Part shown: in pieces, positions 1 through 14,252 of the stretch | How the letters are laid out: every line of letters begins with the position of its first letter | Position numbering within the stretch: position 1 is the first letter of the stretch | Origin: Tubiluchus corallicola | Lineage: Eukaryota; Animalia; Priapulida | Direction: 5' to 3' | Assembly (NCBI GenBank): GCA_030141605.1 | Contig: JAQGDQ010000894.1 | Span: 18,952 to 82,951 of the forward strand | Length of the DNA stretch: 64,000 nucleotides | Translations under genes and position numbers: made by a program | The notes under the pieces: model-generated | Told to the model about the DNA's origin: nothing | What the model saw: only the letters and a program-made list of their open reading frames with translations | The model's database searches: none

Positions 1-3000
1 CTGGTTACAGTGGACGCTTCTGCAATCAGTATGACCCATGTCACTCTCATGTATGCATTCATGGATCATGTAGGCCTTTGTCCTCTGATAGGTGGGGATC
101 GGGGGGCTTGGACTACTTATGCGAATGTGAACCAAACTGGACAGGCGACTATTGCGATACTTCAGATATTTGTTATGACAATCCCTGCAGAAATGGAGCC
201 CAATGTCAACCAGATGGTAACGGCTACCGTTGTCAGTGTACTGAAGGTTGGACTGGAACACACTGTGATGTTAGAAATGGTAAGGCAGAACGCAAAGTGG
301 CTGCAAAGTGACATTTCGCTATCTCACTCACCCACTAGCCTTTCAAGTAGCTGCACGCCATTAAAAATTGCTAGTTGCATTAAGCTTGCATTTGACAGAA
401 TAGGATTGAATGTGTACCTGCATGATAACACAATTAAAATACAGTAATCTAAGTGGCTGTCACAAAGTTTCTATATTTCTTCATCACTGATGCAGAGTGA
501 ATGTTAAGATCATCCATGAACATGACACTGATCGGTATTCAATAGACCAACTCCTCTATTTATTCTTATGCCAGTTATTTAAACTTTCGCCTGTAGCAAA
601 ACGTCGTCATTATCCACAGACGTAATAGTGCCCCGATGTTATTCGCGCTGGTGTAGTTAATTTTTCTTTAGAAAAGGTAAAAGGTTCTTCCGCAAAACAA
701 CAGAAGCAAGAGAGGCGAGCAGTATTCCAGATAGTCTGGGTCTGGATAATTGACCCCCTACTGTGCTTTGATATAATAAATTGTTCTATCACCCGTTGTT
801 TTTGTGCCCCTCACAAAAGGATAGGTATCACCCTGTAATTCATCAGGATGTGCCTACCGGCCGTATTTAAAATTTAATAAACTTGAATTTTCACTAGTTT
901 TTATATCTGTAATACATAAAAAAGTGCTTCGACATCTGACTGACAGAAATCAGTGGAATGACTGAGCAACAAAAGGACATGTCAGAAAAACTATTTTTAT
1001 GGAATTACGTTGCAAATTTAAGCGCATTTTAGAGCACACTAAATGTCACTTCAATAGTTTTTTGTAGCAGCTTTGATTGCTTTACATGCTTTCGCTTTTT
1101 CGCACGTTAGATCCCTGCTATCCAGATCCTTGTGGTAGCCACGGCACTTGCTACGCTTACGACTCTTATAAAGGTCATGGTGATAGATACTACTGTACAT
1201 GTGATGATGGCTATTATGGGGATTACTGTGACGACTATCGTGGTAAGCACTTATTTTGAAACCAATGATCATCAGTCAGCTGTCACTGATTTGTATGAAA
1301 ATAAGCAAAATTAAGGATGTTTATCTGTTTTTGAAAATCGACATCTTCTGCTTTCTTCATATTCACATTCAGATAATTTTTTTATCTCTTCTAACACGCG
1401 AAAGAATCAAGTACATAGCAAGATAAGTTATTAGTGTAAGAGAAAGGGTGGCGAAAAAAACCCTAGAGGTTAGCGAATCAGCCACCCTTTTAGTTAAAGT
1501 TATTACAAGCAACCTAGTGACGATTTAAAATGGGATGAAACAAAGAAAATCCTGTCAAACTGAAAAAATGTAATAATGAAGAAATATATAACAAAGAAAT
1601 GAATGAAACTAGTTTTAAGTGACAGAGCAAAACGCAAAAACAAAATAAAAAACAAAACAGACATAAGCAAAACAGATTAAGCAACAAAACAAAAACTATC
1701 AGAAGTGGATAAACTTATAAAGTCACAATAAATAATAACGGATATAAAAACAAGCATACATAAATACTTAAAGCAAAACTAAAAACTCAAATAAACACTG
1801 AAAACATAAACTGAAGGAACCAACTCCATTTTTGTTTCATTAATTCGCCAAACATTACAAAACGACTACCTACTTTCTTTCAGATCCTTGCTATGGTATT
1901 GACTGTGGATCGCACGGGTACTGCAAAGTTTGGGGTAGTAGTTACAAATGCGAATGCAACAGTGGTTGGGGTGGAAGTTACTGTGACGTCCGTGATGGTA
2001 AGTTTAGTTTAGTCGTAGTATTATGTTTTTTCTTTTTCTTGTATTTAACAAGATTTGTGTTTAAGTAGGAGGCATTTGTGGATCACAAACGGCAAAGTTT
2101 GCAATCTTTTTATCATTTCTATCTTTAGATCCATGCTATGGCATTAGTTGTGGTTCCTACGGCTACTGTGAAGCATGGAGGGATACATACAGATGCGTGT
2201 GCAACACTGGCTGGAGTGGAAGTCGTTGTGACCATCAGGACATTATCCATGGTAATTTTAGAGTCATAGTAGTGCAGACTTTGACATCTCGTTTCTTCTC
2301 ATTTCTTAGTTTTTCGCATCTTTCAGTTTCTTTCTGAATGTTTTTAATCGTGGTAAGACGGCTGCAGTTTATTTTCAAATTAATTCTGGTAAAGGGCAGC
2401 AGATCTTTCAAAAACTCTGTTATAGCTTACGAATGAATTGCTTATAATATTAAGTCATTTTTGTGCTGCATTAATAAAGTAATACATTAAAGTGTAATAT
2501 TTCCTTGTAGTGAATTTCATGTAGTTCGGTGCTATGCTAGGGCCTTGCACTATTGGCACTACTAATTATCAGTAGTGCTCAAGCTTGTGTGCGTGTTTAA
2601 AACTAAAAAAACACGAAATTTATAGTAATAATGAAGGCATTAGCTGAGTGGTCACGGTGACCGCTAACAAATTTAAGATAATCATTGAGTTTAGCACTTG
2701 CTCTGGATAGTTGCATTCCTTTTGTGCCTCGGTTTTTTATCTCACTGAAATACCTTTGTTGTCTCATTATCTCACCTTAGAGGATTAGTGGGAGTACTAG
2801 CGTAGATTTCAGCTTAAAGAGTTGATTACTTTAACTTAATAAAAAATATAACTTTATTATTATTATTATTATGAGTTTATTCAAAAAAATACAACTTTAT
2901 TCAACATTTGGAACAAGAAAATTGTCAACTAAAAACTCCGACAAAGCTGCGACAATGTCCGAAATCTTTTGCATTATGCTGCCATAAAAACATGTGGTTG

Positions 3001-5491
3001 TCTATCGTAAAATACGAAACGAAACAATTAGTCTTGATAATGAACCAGATTTCATGAGCCACTTAGAGTAGGGCCAGCTGTAGTGCTGCAATCTGGTTCT
3101 CAGAATGGCAAACTACACAATAAAGTGCACAGGTGAATGCTCTATTGTTTTTCAGATCCCTGCTATAATGTTGATTGTGGTTCTCATGGCTACTGTGAAG
3201 TTTGGGGCACATCTTACAAATGCAAATGCAACACTGGTTGGAGAGGCGATAGATGCGACTATCGAGATGGTAAGACCATGATTTCCATCTGGCACTGACT
3301 GTCTCATTTAAAACACATCAACTATAAAATCGTGAGCACATTTATCTGACAGGTGCTTTTTTTCTTTTCAGATCCTTGTTACAATGTTGATTGTGGTTCT
3401 CATGGCTACTGTGAAGTTTGGGGCACATCTTACAAATGCAAGTGCAACAGTGGTTGGAGGGGTGACAGATGCGACTATCAAGATGGTAAGATATGGCTTT
3501 TTAGTGGCACTTTATACAAAGGCCATTGAATAAGGTATAATGCGAGAACATCCAGCTGACTGGGGCTTTCTTGTTTTTAGATCCTTGCTATGATGTAGAC
3601 TGTGGCTCTCACGGCTACTGTGAAGTCTGGGGCACATCCTATAAATGCAAGTGCAACGCTGGTTGGAGTGGCAACCGTTGTGATACCGGCAATGGTTAGT
3701 TTTCTGCATTATTAATTTTGTTGAAAGAAAGCGAATATGTGATGAGAATTAGTTCTTAGAGTGTTTTGCAAGTTTAAATTTAAAGAATGAAATTTGAATA
3801 CATTACGAATAAAGTTTTGAAAATTGTTGCTAATAATTATTGTGCTTCTTGTTTCAGACCCCTGCTATCCTAATCCATGTCGTAATGGAGGTATTTGTCG
3901 GGTACATGCTCCAGATAGCTATAAGGATGACGAACTTTTCTCATGCTCGTGCCCATCAGGATGGACGGGAACATTGTGCACAGTGACCATTTCTCATGGT
4001 AACAGATTTCTTTCTGAATTAATAGATAATTATAATGCACCTTTAACTCTTGACCTGTTTAAAACACAGTCAATGACGCTTCGTGAGTAGGTAAAATTAA
4101 AGTGCACACGTAATTCTTTGTTTCCATAGATCCCTGTTATGGTGTCTCCTGTGGCTCCCATGGTACGTGTGAAGTTTGGGGTAGCAAGTACAAATGCAAA
4201 TGTTACACCGGATGGAGTGGAAGCTTGTGCGACCACGAAGACATCGTCCATGGTAAGTTTTTTTCCAGTTTTGGTTTGGTATGGCACAGGTTCACTGCTT
4301 CAAGTGACTGATTTAGTGGTGAAAACTTTGTCAATTGCCATATTTATTATAAGTAATTGGTTTGTTTGCTTCATTAATCCATGTTTTTGTGTCAGATTAT
4401 TAAAGGATTTTGCTGCTAGACATCAAAACCTGTTTGTTTCCTTGTTATGGCTTTAATTTCAAGGTCACAGTTTCCATGCAGCAATAAGTAATAGTAGAGA
4501 GAATGCACCTAACTGAGGTTTTATTTTCTTTCAGATCCTTGCTATGGTGTAGATTGTGGTTCTCATGGTTACTGTGAGGTTTGGGGTTCATCTTATAAGT
4601 GCAAATGCAACAGTGGCTGGGGTGGAGATCGTTGCGGTCGAAGAAGTAAGTTGGCCTTGTAATTTTTGATTAGTTGTTCAAATAAATAAATGCTCTAACC
4701 AGAGCCTGATTAAGGTGTGTTGTGCCCTAAGCACACCCACCACCTGGTGCCCTGGCTGTCTCCTTTGCCTCTTTCGTGACTCAACACATACAAATGTGAT
4801 ACATATTATGCGCCATTGTTATATAAAAATAACTCCATTGCTCTATGTGGGATTTAAGCCTATGCCACTTGAATTCTTTATTGACCTCAAAATGAAATGT
4901 TAACTAAATAAATCAGCTACAAAAAGGTATGATGCCTACCAACAGCAAAAAATAATCACTGTCCTTTAGCTATCTACCTCACATTTTGAAGTATATAAGA
5001 CTTTCATGATTTTTAACATACTTTGTTAAAATTTTCATCTGTTTTCCATGTACATGTATTATTTTTTGCCAGCTTGGTGCCCCCTGAGCCTTGGTTTCCT
5101 AAGCACGGCCCTAGCTTTAACAAATATTGAATGTAGTTGTTTGCCCCAGAAGCTTTTGTGCTGATTAATGCATCCTAAGCACCACCAAATCCTCAAGATG
5201 GTGGTCAATTTGTCAACCATGTTGAAGATCCCGGTGCAGTATTTCATTCTCTCTGGTATTAAAGCTTTAAACTTCACGAATAATTAAAAAATAACAGAAA
5301 ATACTTTTTTCATAAAATCAGAAGACAAATGTCGGCTCCCGTGCAAAAATGGAGGACGATGCGTAAGGGTTGGAAATAAAAAGACTTGTCGTTGTCCCAA
5401 GGGTTGGAGTGGCAAATTTTGTGAAGTTCGTAGAGTGCCCTCCCCTTGCAGTGGAGGCTTGTATAGTAACTGTGGCAATCAGTGGTGGTAA
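1..5491 (+). CDS. EGF-repeat protein 1 (5'-truncated by window edge), multi-exon
   Basis: Exons with AG/GT borders, all phase 1: 1-279 (two EGFs plus part of a third), 1111-1242, 1884-1997, 2129-2251, 3156-3269, 3372-3485, 3581-3694, 3858-3998, 4130-4252, 4535-4645, 5322-5491. Each internal exon encodes one 6-Cys EGF, e.g. [38 protein letters not shown]. The last exon reads [14 protein letters not shown]...CGNQWW-stop; the exact 3' end is less certain. Confidence 0.88.
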
Positions 5492-5848
5492 GAGAACTTG
5501 TGCAGAGCCTTTCCCTTTGCTTGCTGGTATCACGCATGGCAGAATTCACCACTATTTGCTTTTTGCACGCAACGTAGGGGAGAAATATTTCTCTCTCTCA
5601 TTTTAGAACAAGTACTACAGATGCCTTAGAAAGTGCTAGTGTGAATTAGATTTTCGTGCTTGCTAAATTATGATAGCACCAAAATGCTGCATACATGCTG
5701 ACTTCACAAACGAAACTACAAATTTACTATTCTTCATCTAAGTGAGTGCTTTCTTGAGACTTTGCTTGAAAATTGCTCAGGGACGTGGTCCTTCAAAACA
5801 ATGGCAGTGACGTAGTGTGGCATTCAAAAGAATGATATTCAAACCGCT

Positions 5849-6008
5849 GAGCTCTGCAGAGCCTCCGAAGGGACATGGTGAAAAAATTTAATTCGTTTAA
5901 TCCATGCGCACGAAATACTAATTAAAAAATATTAAAAATTTATATTTATATTTATATGAAATATTAAAATTTGTTTCACAATGTCTTGTCAGGGGCTCCG
6001 TAGAACTC
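5849..6008. mobile_element. Short MITE-like fold-back element
   Basis: Imperfect ~35-bp inverted arms GAGCTCTGCAGAGCCTCCGAAGGGACATGGTGAAA and TTTCACAATGTCTTGTCAGGGGCTCCGTAGAACTC around an AT-rich core. Confidence 0.55.
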
Positions 6009-7334
6009 TATCCACATGGTCAGTTTTCTCTGACAGTTTGCACGTAATTATTTGTTGAGGGGGTGTTCTTCTCTGTTATTCCTGAAATGGTGTTAATGCG
6101 GTCTGTGTGAAAACGTGACTTGTTTTAGCAGGTGGATTTAAAAAGGAAAATTAAAGCCATTGCTCATTTCCAATCAGTACAGTGATTTAAAAAGATTCAA
6201 ACTTAAATTTGATATAGTAAAATTTTATAGTAAAACGTTGATTAGTAGTTTTGCCTATTTAAAGCAGTAAGAATCTTCTATAAAGTTAACTTAACTGTAT
6301 TGACTTTTCTGTATGCCTTCCGTTAGAAAAAGTGAATTGTGCTATCCTACATTGTCTTGGGTGAAAATTGCTGAGTTGCTACTGTGATCTAAAGTTTTCA
6401 ATTATATTACTATGCCTTGGAGTAGAAATTGCAGAATCAGACTAGATTACAGAACTGAACTAGATTGCGCCTGCGCCACTCTCACACTATTACGTCATTA
6501 ATGAGTGTGTAAGCGCAACTTATATATGTTTATTCTTTTTCAGAAATTGGCATCGACAATTGGAGCAGTTGGTAATAGGCCTAATTTGCAATTATGACTT
6601 CAACTACTCGTTGTCTGAGTCAGCAGCCATCACGAAGAGCAAAATGCCACGGTGGTGTTACAGAATTTTGTGTGTCACTGTGTTGATATAGTTTCTATTT
6701 TTTTAGAGTTTTCAATCTTTGCCTTTGTTTCCGCTGTGTCAAACCACCATGACTTAAAAACCACTAAAACTAAACTAAACTACTATTCTGCCGTGAAATG
6801 TTTTAACTTGCACATGCTGTGGTATGTATTACTGACCAACACTACTGCATTACTTTACTGGAGCAGGATTTAAGATAATTAAAGAAGTAAAGCGTTAGGA
6901 TGCCCTTAATTTACAAAAATCTTTACCACATTAAATTACTGAATATCGTTTTCAATTGATTGTTTTATTGATAGCTTTGCGTGCAATCAATATTAATATA
7001 AGTTAATTATTTATGAGTGCTTATAATGAGAACGTGTGTGTGTGAGTAAAATGAGAGAAATTGTGCAGTAATTATTTAATGCACTTCTGTATGTAATAGT
7101 CCAAATGTATTTTTAGTATATATAGCAAATGTTTATGGTGTGTATTAAAAATAAAATATTGACGTTGGATTAGGAACACTGTTTTGTGTTTTGAACATAT
7201 GCTGATCAATATTTTAGTTTTTTAAAAGAATGCTGAAACATAGTCATCTATTCTGAGAGATCGTATTAGACCAGAAAATTTACAGAACGTTCAAACAAAA
7301 CCGTCACTCTAAGAAAAACACGTGCGTTTATTTC

Positions 7335-7837
7335 AGAATTTTTGTACTGACCCATATTAAGCAAAAAACAAAATGGCCGGCGTCAAATGCATAATTCTGT
7401 ACTGAGCCATATTAAGAAAAGAAAAAAATGGCCGCCGTCAAATGCATAATGCTGTACTGAGCCATATTAAGAAAAGAAAAAAATGGCCGCCGTCAAATGC
7501 ATAATTTTTGTACTAAGCCATATTAAGCAAAGAAACAAATGGCCGCCGTCAAATGCATAATTTTTGTACTGAGCCATATTAAGCCAAGAACAAAATGGCG
7601 GCCGTCAAATGCATAATTTTTGTACTGAGCCATATTAAGCCAAGAACAAAATGGCGGCCGTCAAATTCATAATTTTTGTACTGAGCCATATTAAGCAAAG
7701 AACAAAATGGCGGCCGTCAAATGCATAATTTTTGTACTGAGCCATATTAAGCAAAGAACAAACGAAAATGGCCGCAGTCAAATGCATAATTTTTGTACTG
7801 AGCCATATTAAGCAAAGAACAAATGGCGGCCGTCAAA
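7335..7837. repeat. Minisatellite, ~59-63 bp unit, ~8 copies
   Basis: Unit AATTTTTGTACTGAGCCATATTAAGCAAAGAACAAAATGGCGGCCGTCAAATGCAT repeated head-to-tail. Confidence 0.95.
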
Positions 7838-9889
7838 TAAAATGATTTCAAGATTTCAGTGATCGAGAAACTAATTATTTTTGGTTAGCCATATTTTGTT
7901 TTGTTTTTTGATTGATGGTTTCATTTTTGAAATCGGAGCCACCCGGAAGAGGTGGTGGTGATGGGGGTCAGAAAAGCTCAACAAATAGCCATTTTTCGCG
8001 GTTTGACTGGGACGGTGCCAGTAACAGTTGGATAGCCCATGGGCATAATAGAGGGGTATTTAGATTTCGCGTCAGGCATCCCTTCGGCTTCCCGCAACGG
8101 TTTCCCAGACCTAACCACTTGATTTTTTTTGAGATTTTGTTCGAACAACATTTAAAACCATGTAGGTCTGCAATATAATGGATAAACTTCATCACTGGAT
8201 GTGCCTAAATAAGAGTGTTTGTAATTTCAAAAAGTTTTTACAGGGTTCACTAATCTGTTGCCATTTACTCAGTTTTCACGTTTTCATTGTTGCTATCATC
8301 ATCCATCATCATCATCATCACCAAGGCAGTGGTGGCTATGGCGTGGTGTGAGTGGTACGATGTGGGTGGCGTAGTGGGTGTAGCGTGGTGAGATGTGGGT
8401 GATGTTGATATAGTGCGAGTGAGGAGTGGTGTGGTGTGACGATGTAATATCCAGAATTTGTACAGTACATTAACAACACTGTATTTGAATTACAAGCTAT
8501 TGGCAAGCATTTGGGGAAGAAGTTCTATTGCCTTTCGTTTTGTGCTTTTTTTATTTAACATTTTATTTAATACAAAACATACTTTTCAAATGATAAAAAC
8601 CAAGATATTTAAAAAACATAAACAAATACGAGCACTAACCGACTGTCAATGAATGCAATTAGTTGTAATCAGTAAATATACAATGACTACACTCTAGCAA
8701 ATTTGGTTGTTCTGTAAATCATTAGAATACGTGTTTCAAAGATAAGCAATTATCTTCAACTTTTTCTTGTATGCCAAGGTTGGCAACTGCATACGTCTCT
8801 CCCCCTTATACATATATTTAATACAGATCACTGTATGATTAAATTTCAGTGTTTGTAATTTGCTTCGAGTATACCAAACATAAAATTTTACTATTAAAAT
8901 GGTCTTATTTAAACATAGGAAATTTTAAATGGAAACTTTGCAAAATTACAACAGACTTACCAATTTCTAATACATTACTTGTACTTTGCACCCATCATTG
9001 TTTGAAATGTTCCCATATGAGTTTTACTTTATCACAATCCCACAGAATATGTAATATGGTTTCTGTTTCTGAATTCTGCTTTCGTTTTGTGCTTTACTTC
9101 GGCAGGACAATTCAAATTTGTACAACACATGCAAATTGCTGACAGAAGTTAGAAGTTATGTAATAAAATGTTGCAGGCTCTGTATCTGTTTACAACATAA
9201 CTTTATGGAAAACATCAATTTTTTGCCATTTAATAAGTACTTTTATTCTTAGCAAAACAAATGGTTATCTCTCATTCGTCTTTCAAATATGTTACTCAAA
9301 CATATTCTAGCATTTACAGGTCATTGCTGGATCTAAATTCACGTAAAGGGAAAATAAGAAACTCATATTTCAAAATTCAAATGCATCGTATAATTTTGAA
9401 AAAATCATATATAAGTCTTGTTAAGAGGCATACATGTGTTCAATTGACAAAATACAATGTCAGCAAAATAAATTCATCGGTGTTGGGAAACAAAAAAATG
9501 CATTACAAAACTTACATGTATTTAGTATGTATACTTAGGAAAAAATAACTAACAGTTATACATGAATACAGGCCAACCAGCATAAATTTGTCAAAAATAT
9601 AACAAAGAGACAACAACATTACAAGCTAAAACTGTATTTACAAAAAAGATCCTTGTTGTTGAGTTTCAGAATATTATAATTTGTGCAACATTTTTATGGA
9701 CCACAAATAATCACCCAGTCTCTAAAACAGGTCATTCAGATTTAAACAAGACTAAGAAGGAGTGTTTTTTGTTTTTGTGATTTGCAAGTCTTTTGGATAA
9801 TAGTGATCTTGAAGGTTTTTTGACAGTTTTTTGGCTTTTGCATATTTTTTTTGGTAGTTATCTTGTTTTTACAATTTTTTGTGTTTGTC

Positions 9890-12660
9890 TGGATTTTACG
9901 GATTTTCTTGTATTTTTTCAGATTTTACGGTTTTTCTCGTTTTCTGGATTTTACAGATTTTTTGGCAGTTTTGTAGATTTCACGGATTTTTTTGGTAGAA
10001 TTTTAAAGAATTTACGGATTTTTTTGTTAATTTTTTTAAGATTTTACCGATTTTTTTAGAGTTTTCTAGATTTTACGGATTTTTTAGTAGTTTTTTTAAG
10101 ATTTTACGGATTTTCTTTAACAGTTTTCTGGATTTTACGGATTTTTTGGCAGTTTTGTAGATTTTACGGATTTTTATTTGGTAGGTTTTTAAAGAGTTTA
10201 CGGATTTTTTTGTTAATTTTTTTAAGATTTTACGGATTTTTTTTAGAGTTTTGTAGATTTTACGGATTTTTTTTGCTAGTTTTTTTAAGATTTTACGGAT
10301 TATTTTGGTAGTTTTTTAAGATTTTACGGATTTTTTAACAGTTATCTGATTTTACAGATTTTTTTGGTCGATTTTTAAAAAGTTTACGGATTTTTTTTTA
10401 GAGTTTTCTAGATTTTACGGATATTTTTCGGTAGCTTTTTAAGATTTTACGGATTTTTTTGCTGGTTTTTTTAAGATTTTACGGATTTTTTTAACAGTTT
10501 TCTGGATTTTATGGATTTTTGTAACAATTTTCTAGATTTTACAGATTTTTTTGGAGTTTTCTACATTTTACGGATTTTTTTGTAGTTTTTTAAGATTTTA
10601 CGGATTTTTTTGGGAGATTTTTAAAGAGTACGGATTTTTTTGGTAGCTTTTTAAGATTTTACGATTTTTTTAACAGTTTTCTCTATTTTACAGATTTTTT
10701 AACAGTTATCTGATTTTACGGATTTTTTGGGTTGCTTTTTAAGATTTTACGGATTTTTTTAACAGTTTTCTGGATTTTACGGATTTTTGTAACAATTTTC
10801 TAGATTTTACAGATTTTTTAAGAGTTTTCTGGATTTTACGGATTTTTTTTGGTAGTTTTGTAGATTTTACGGAATTTTTTGGGTAGGTTTTTAAAGAGTT
10901 TACGGATTTTTTTAGAGTTTTCTGGATTTTATGGATTTTTTTTGGTAGTTTTTTTAAGATTTTAGGGATTTTTTTAACAGTTTTCTGGATTTTACGGATT
11001 TTTTGGCGGTTTTGTAGATTTTACGGATTTTTTTGGGAGATTTTTAAAGAGTTTACGGATTTTTTTGTTAGTTTTTTTAAGATTTTACGATTTTTTAAAC
11101 AGTTTTCTCTATTTTACAGATTTTTTTAACAGTTATCTGATTTTACGGATTTTTTTGGGTTGCTTTTTAAGATTTTACGGATTTTTTTGCTAATTTTTTT
11201 AAGATTTTACGGATTTTTTTAACAGTTTTCTGGATTTTACGGATTTTTGTAACAATTTTCTAGATTTTACAGATTTTTTTTGAGTTTTCTACATTTTACG
11301 GATTTTTTTGGCAGTTTTGTAGATTTTACGGATTTTTTTGGGAGATTTTTAAAGAGATTACGGATTTTTTTGTTAGTTTTTTTAAGATTTTATGATTTTT
11401 TTAACAGTTTTCTCTATTTTACAGATTTTTTTAACAGTTATCTGATTTTACGGATTTTTTTGGGTAGATTTTCAAAGAGTTTACGGATTTTTTTAGAGTT
11501 TTCCATATTTTACGGATTTTTTTAGTAGTTTTTTAAATTTTACGGATTCTTTTGGTAGTTTTCTGAATTTTACGGATTTTTTTGGTAGTTTTCTAGATTT
11601 CACGGATTTTTTTGGTAGTTTTTTAAGACAGTACGGATTTTTTGGAAAGTTTTTGAGATTTTATAACAGATTTTTTTAACAGTTATCTGATTTTACGTAT
11701 TTTTTTGGTAGATTTTTAAAGAGCTTACGGATTTTTTGGAGATTTCTAGATTTTACAGATTTTTTTAACAGTTATCTGGATATTACGGATTTTTTTGGTA
11801 GATTTTCTAGATTTTACGGATTTTTTTGTTAGTTTTTTAAGAGTTTACAGATTTTTTCTTAGTTTTTTTAAGAGTTTACGGATTTTTTTGGTAGATTTTT
11901 AAAGAGTTTACGGATTTTTTTTTAGAGTTCTCTAGATATTACGGATTTTTTTAACAGTTTTCTGAATTTTACGGATTTTTTGGTAGTTTTTTAAAGGGTT
12001 TCCGGATTTTTTTAGAGTTTTCTGGATTTTACGGATTTTTTTAGTATATTTTTAAAGAGTTTACGGATTTTTTTAGAGTTTTCTAGATTTTACGGATCTT
12101 TTAACAGTTTTCTGAATTATACGGATTTGTTTTGGTAGTTTTCTAGATGTTATGGATTTTTTTGGTAGTTTTTTAATATTTTTAAGGATTTTTTTGATAG
12201 ATTTTTAAAGAGTTTACGGATTTTTTTACAGTTCTCAAGATATTACGGATTTTTTTAACAGTTTTCTGAATTTTACGGATTTCTTTGGTAGTTTTCTAGA
12301 TTTTACGGATTTTTTTGGTAGTTCTTTAAAGGGTTTACGGATTTTTTTAGAGTTTTCTAGATTTTACAGATTTTTTGGTAGTTTTTTAAGATTTTACGTT
12401 TTTTTGGAGATTTCTAGATTTTACGGATTTTTTTAACAGTTATCTGATTTTACGGATTTTTTTTAGAGTTTTCTAGATTTTGTGGATTTTTTTAACAGTT
12501 TTCTGAGATAAGGATTTTTTTTGGTAGTTTTCTAGATGTTATGGATTTTTTTGGTAGCTTTTTAAAATTTTAAGGATTTTTTTAACAGTTTTCTGGATTT
12601 ACGGATTTTTGTAACAATTTTCTAGATTTTACAGATTTTTTTGGAGTTTTCTACATTTTA
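9890..12660. repeat. Degenerate T-rich satellite, ~30 bp unit, ~2.8 kb
   Basis: Recurrent core GATTTTACGGATTTTTTT followed by variable AGTTTTCTA/AGTTTTTTAA/ACAGTTATCT. Confidence 0.95.
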
Positions 12661-13992
12661 CTGTAGATTTTACTGTAGATTTTACTGTAACATCTTGGAA
12701 CAGTTTCAATTGTTAATAAGCAATGTAGAGCCTTATTGAGCAAACAAGACCTTAGAAGCTTTTTTGAAGGTTTTTATGGAATTCTTGATAGTTTTCCGGA
12801 TTTTATGGATTTTTTTTGTAGTTTTCTGGATTTTGCAGGGCTTTTTTACAACAAAACTACCAAAAAAGTTTTCTGAGATTTGCAGCTTCTTTTGTACTTT
12901 TCGTGATTTGATGTACTTTTTTGGGGATAGCAAAGATGTTCAGATTTCTGGTATTAGAAAAAACTTATTGGACTAAATTACGACATCACCCAATAGGTCT
13001 TCAGCCCATTAATCTGAATCATTATATTGACTCTCTAACATCAGGTCAATATATTTTACAGAATGGAATTGGGAGATATGGACGTTACGTCGTTAAAGTA
13101 AACTTTTAAATTAAAATCCATGACATGGGACAATTTTAACGACATTAGCTGCTTTCCTTCCACGCTCAACAATTTAAAATAAATGCCTAAAAATTGTTCG
13201 GCGTGGAACGAAAGCAGCTAATGTCGTTGTAATGAGACAATAACTTTGTAATATTAAGCGCTCACGTTGACAAAGAATATGGGATTGCTGGAAAACTTGC
13301 GATATTATAAATACGCATTGGCAATGACAAGCTGGCAGTAGTTCAGTGTGTATTAAGTACAAAATGGGGGCAAAATTATTTTATTGGTCATTTTGGTGTG
13401 GGGCAACACACCATGCAAGTGAGCCAGGCAAAAACTTCTTGGGTGTAAGAATGGCATCAAGTTTGTCAGTGGCAATTTTTAAGTATTACTTACTTATAAA
13501 GTAAAAAATTACTGTGACACACAGCGCACTGTGAGTCGGATTAAGCATAATTTTGTTTTACTAATACGTTGTAATTTTTCTGTGACTTCTAATACATTAC
13601 CGCTAGGTAAATCTGAATGAGTCCCTGTATTTTGGCAAACGCAGGATATAAATATAGAGCTATCATGCATGTGGGATCAAATTTTGTTACCCATTTTTGG
13701 TTCTCGGTGAACAAATTGCACAAATTACAACAATTTTTTGAACAGGGGGGTCATTCTAGTTGTTATTCTCTTTATCTAACAGTTTGAACACGATTGAGCA
13801 AGGTTATGAAATTTTTACTGTAGATTTTACTGTAGAATGTAATATCTTGGAACAGTTTCAATTGTTAATAAGCAATGAAGAGCCTTATTGAGTAAATAAG
13901 ACCTTAGTGTTGCTCGATGGCCTTTTTGAAGGTCACCATGAACGATACCATGAAAATCTTCTTCTGTCAGGAATACTTCTGACCGTGATGTC

Positions 13993-14252
13993 CAGAGCCT
14001 ATTTCAGCCTAAGCGAAGCCCCGGGGAAGTGGGGCGTGTGAGGCCTCATGGAGGGGGGGCGGTCGCCACCATGGTTGGCGCCCAGAAAATTTTTGAACTG
14101 CTAGAACGCCGGAGAAGCATCTTCGAAGAGAAAATATGGAGTTATACAGTATGTTCGCATAAAGCAAAAAAAAATAATGTTACCTCGATGTGAAGCCCCG
14201 CTGGAGGGTGAGGCCCCGGGGAAGTATCCCCCCCCCCCTGAAACAGGCCTTG
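13993..14252. mobile_element. hAT-type MITE (260 bp)
   Basis: TIRs CAGAGCCTATTTCAG / CTGAAACAGGCCTTG; 8-bp flanking duplication GTGATGTC (13985-13992) / GTGATGCC (14253-14260). Confidence 0.75.

Noticed and set aside
10-447. 145-aa ORF and similar shifted or antisense ORFs over EGF exons
   Set aside because: Wrong-frame shadows of the Cys-patterned EGF exons.
9793-12976. Phe-rich ORFs and CRISPR-like repeat/linker pattern
   Set aside because: Translation of a T-rich satellite; the linkers are short and related to each other, not unique spacers.
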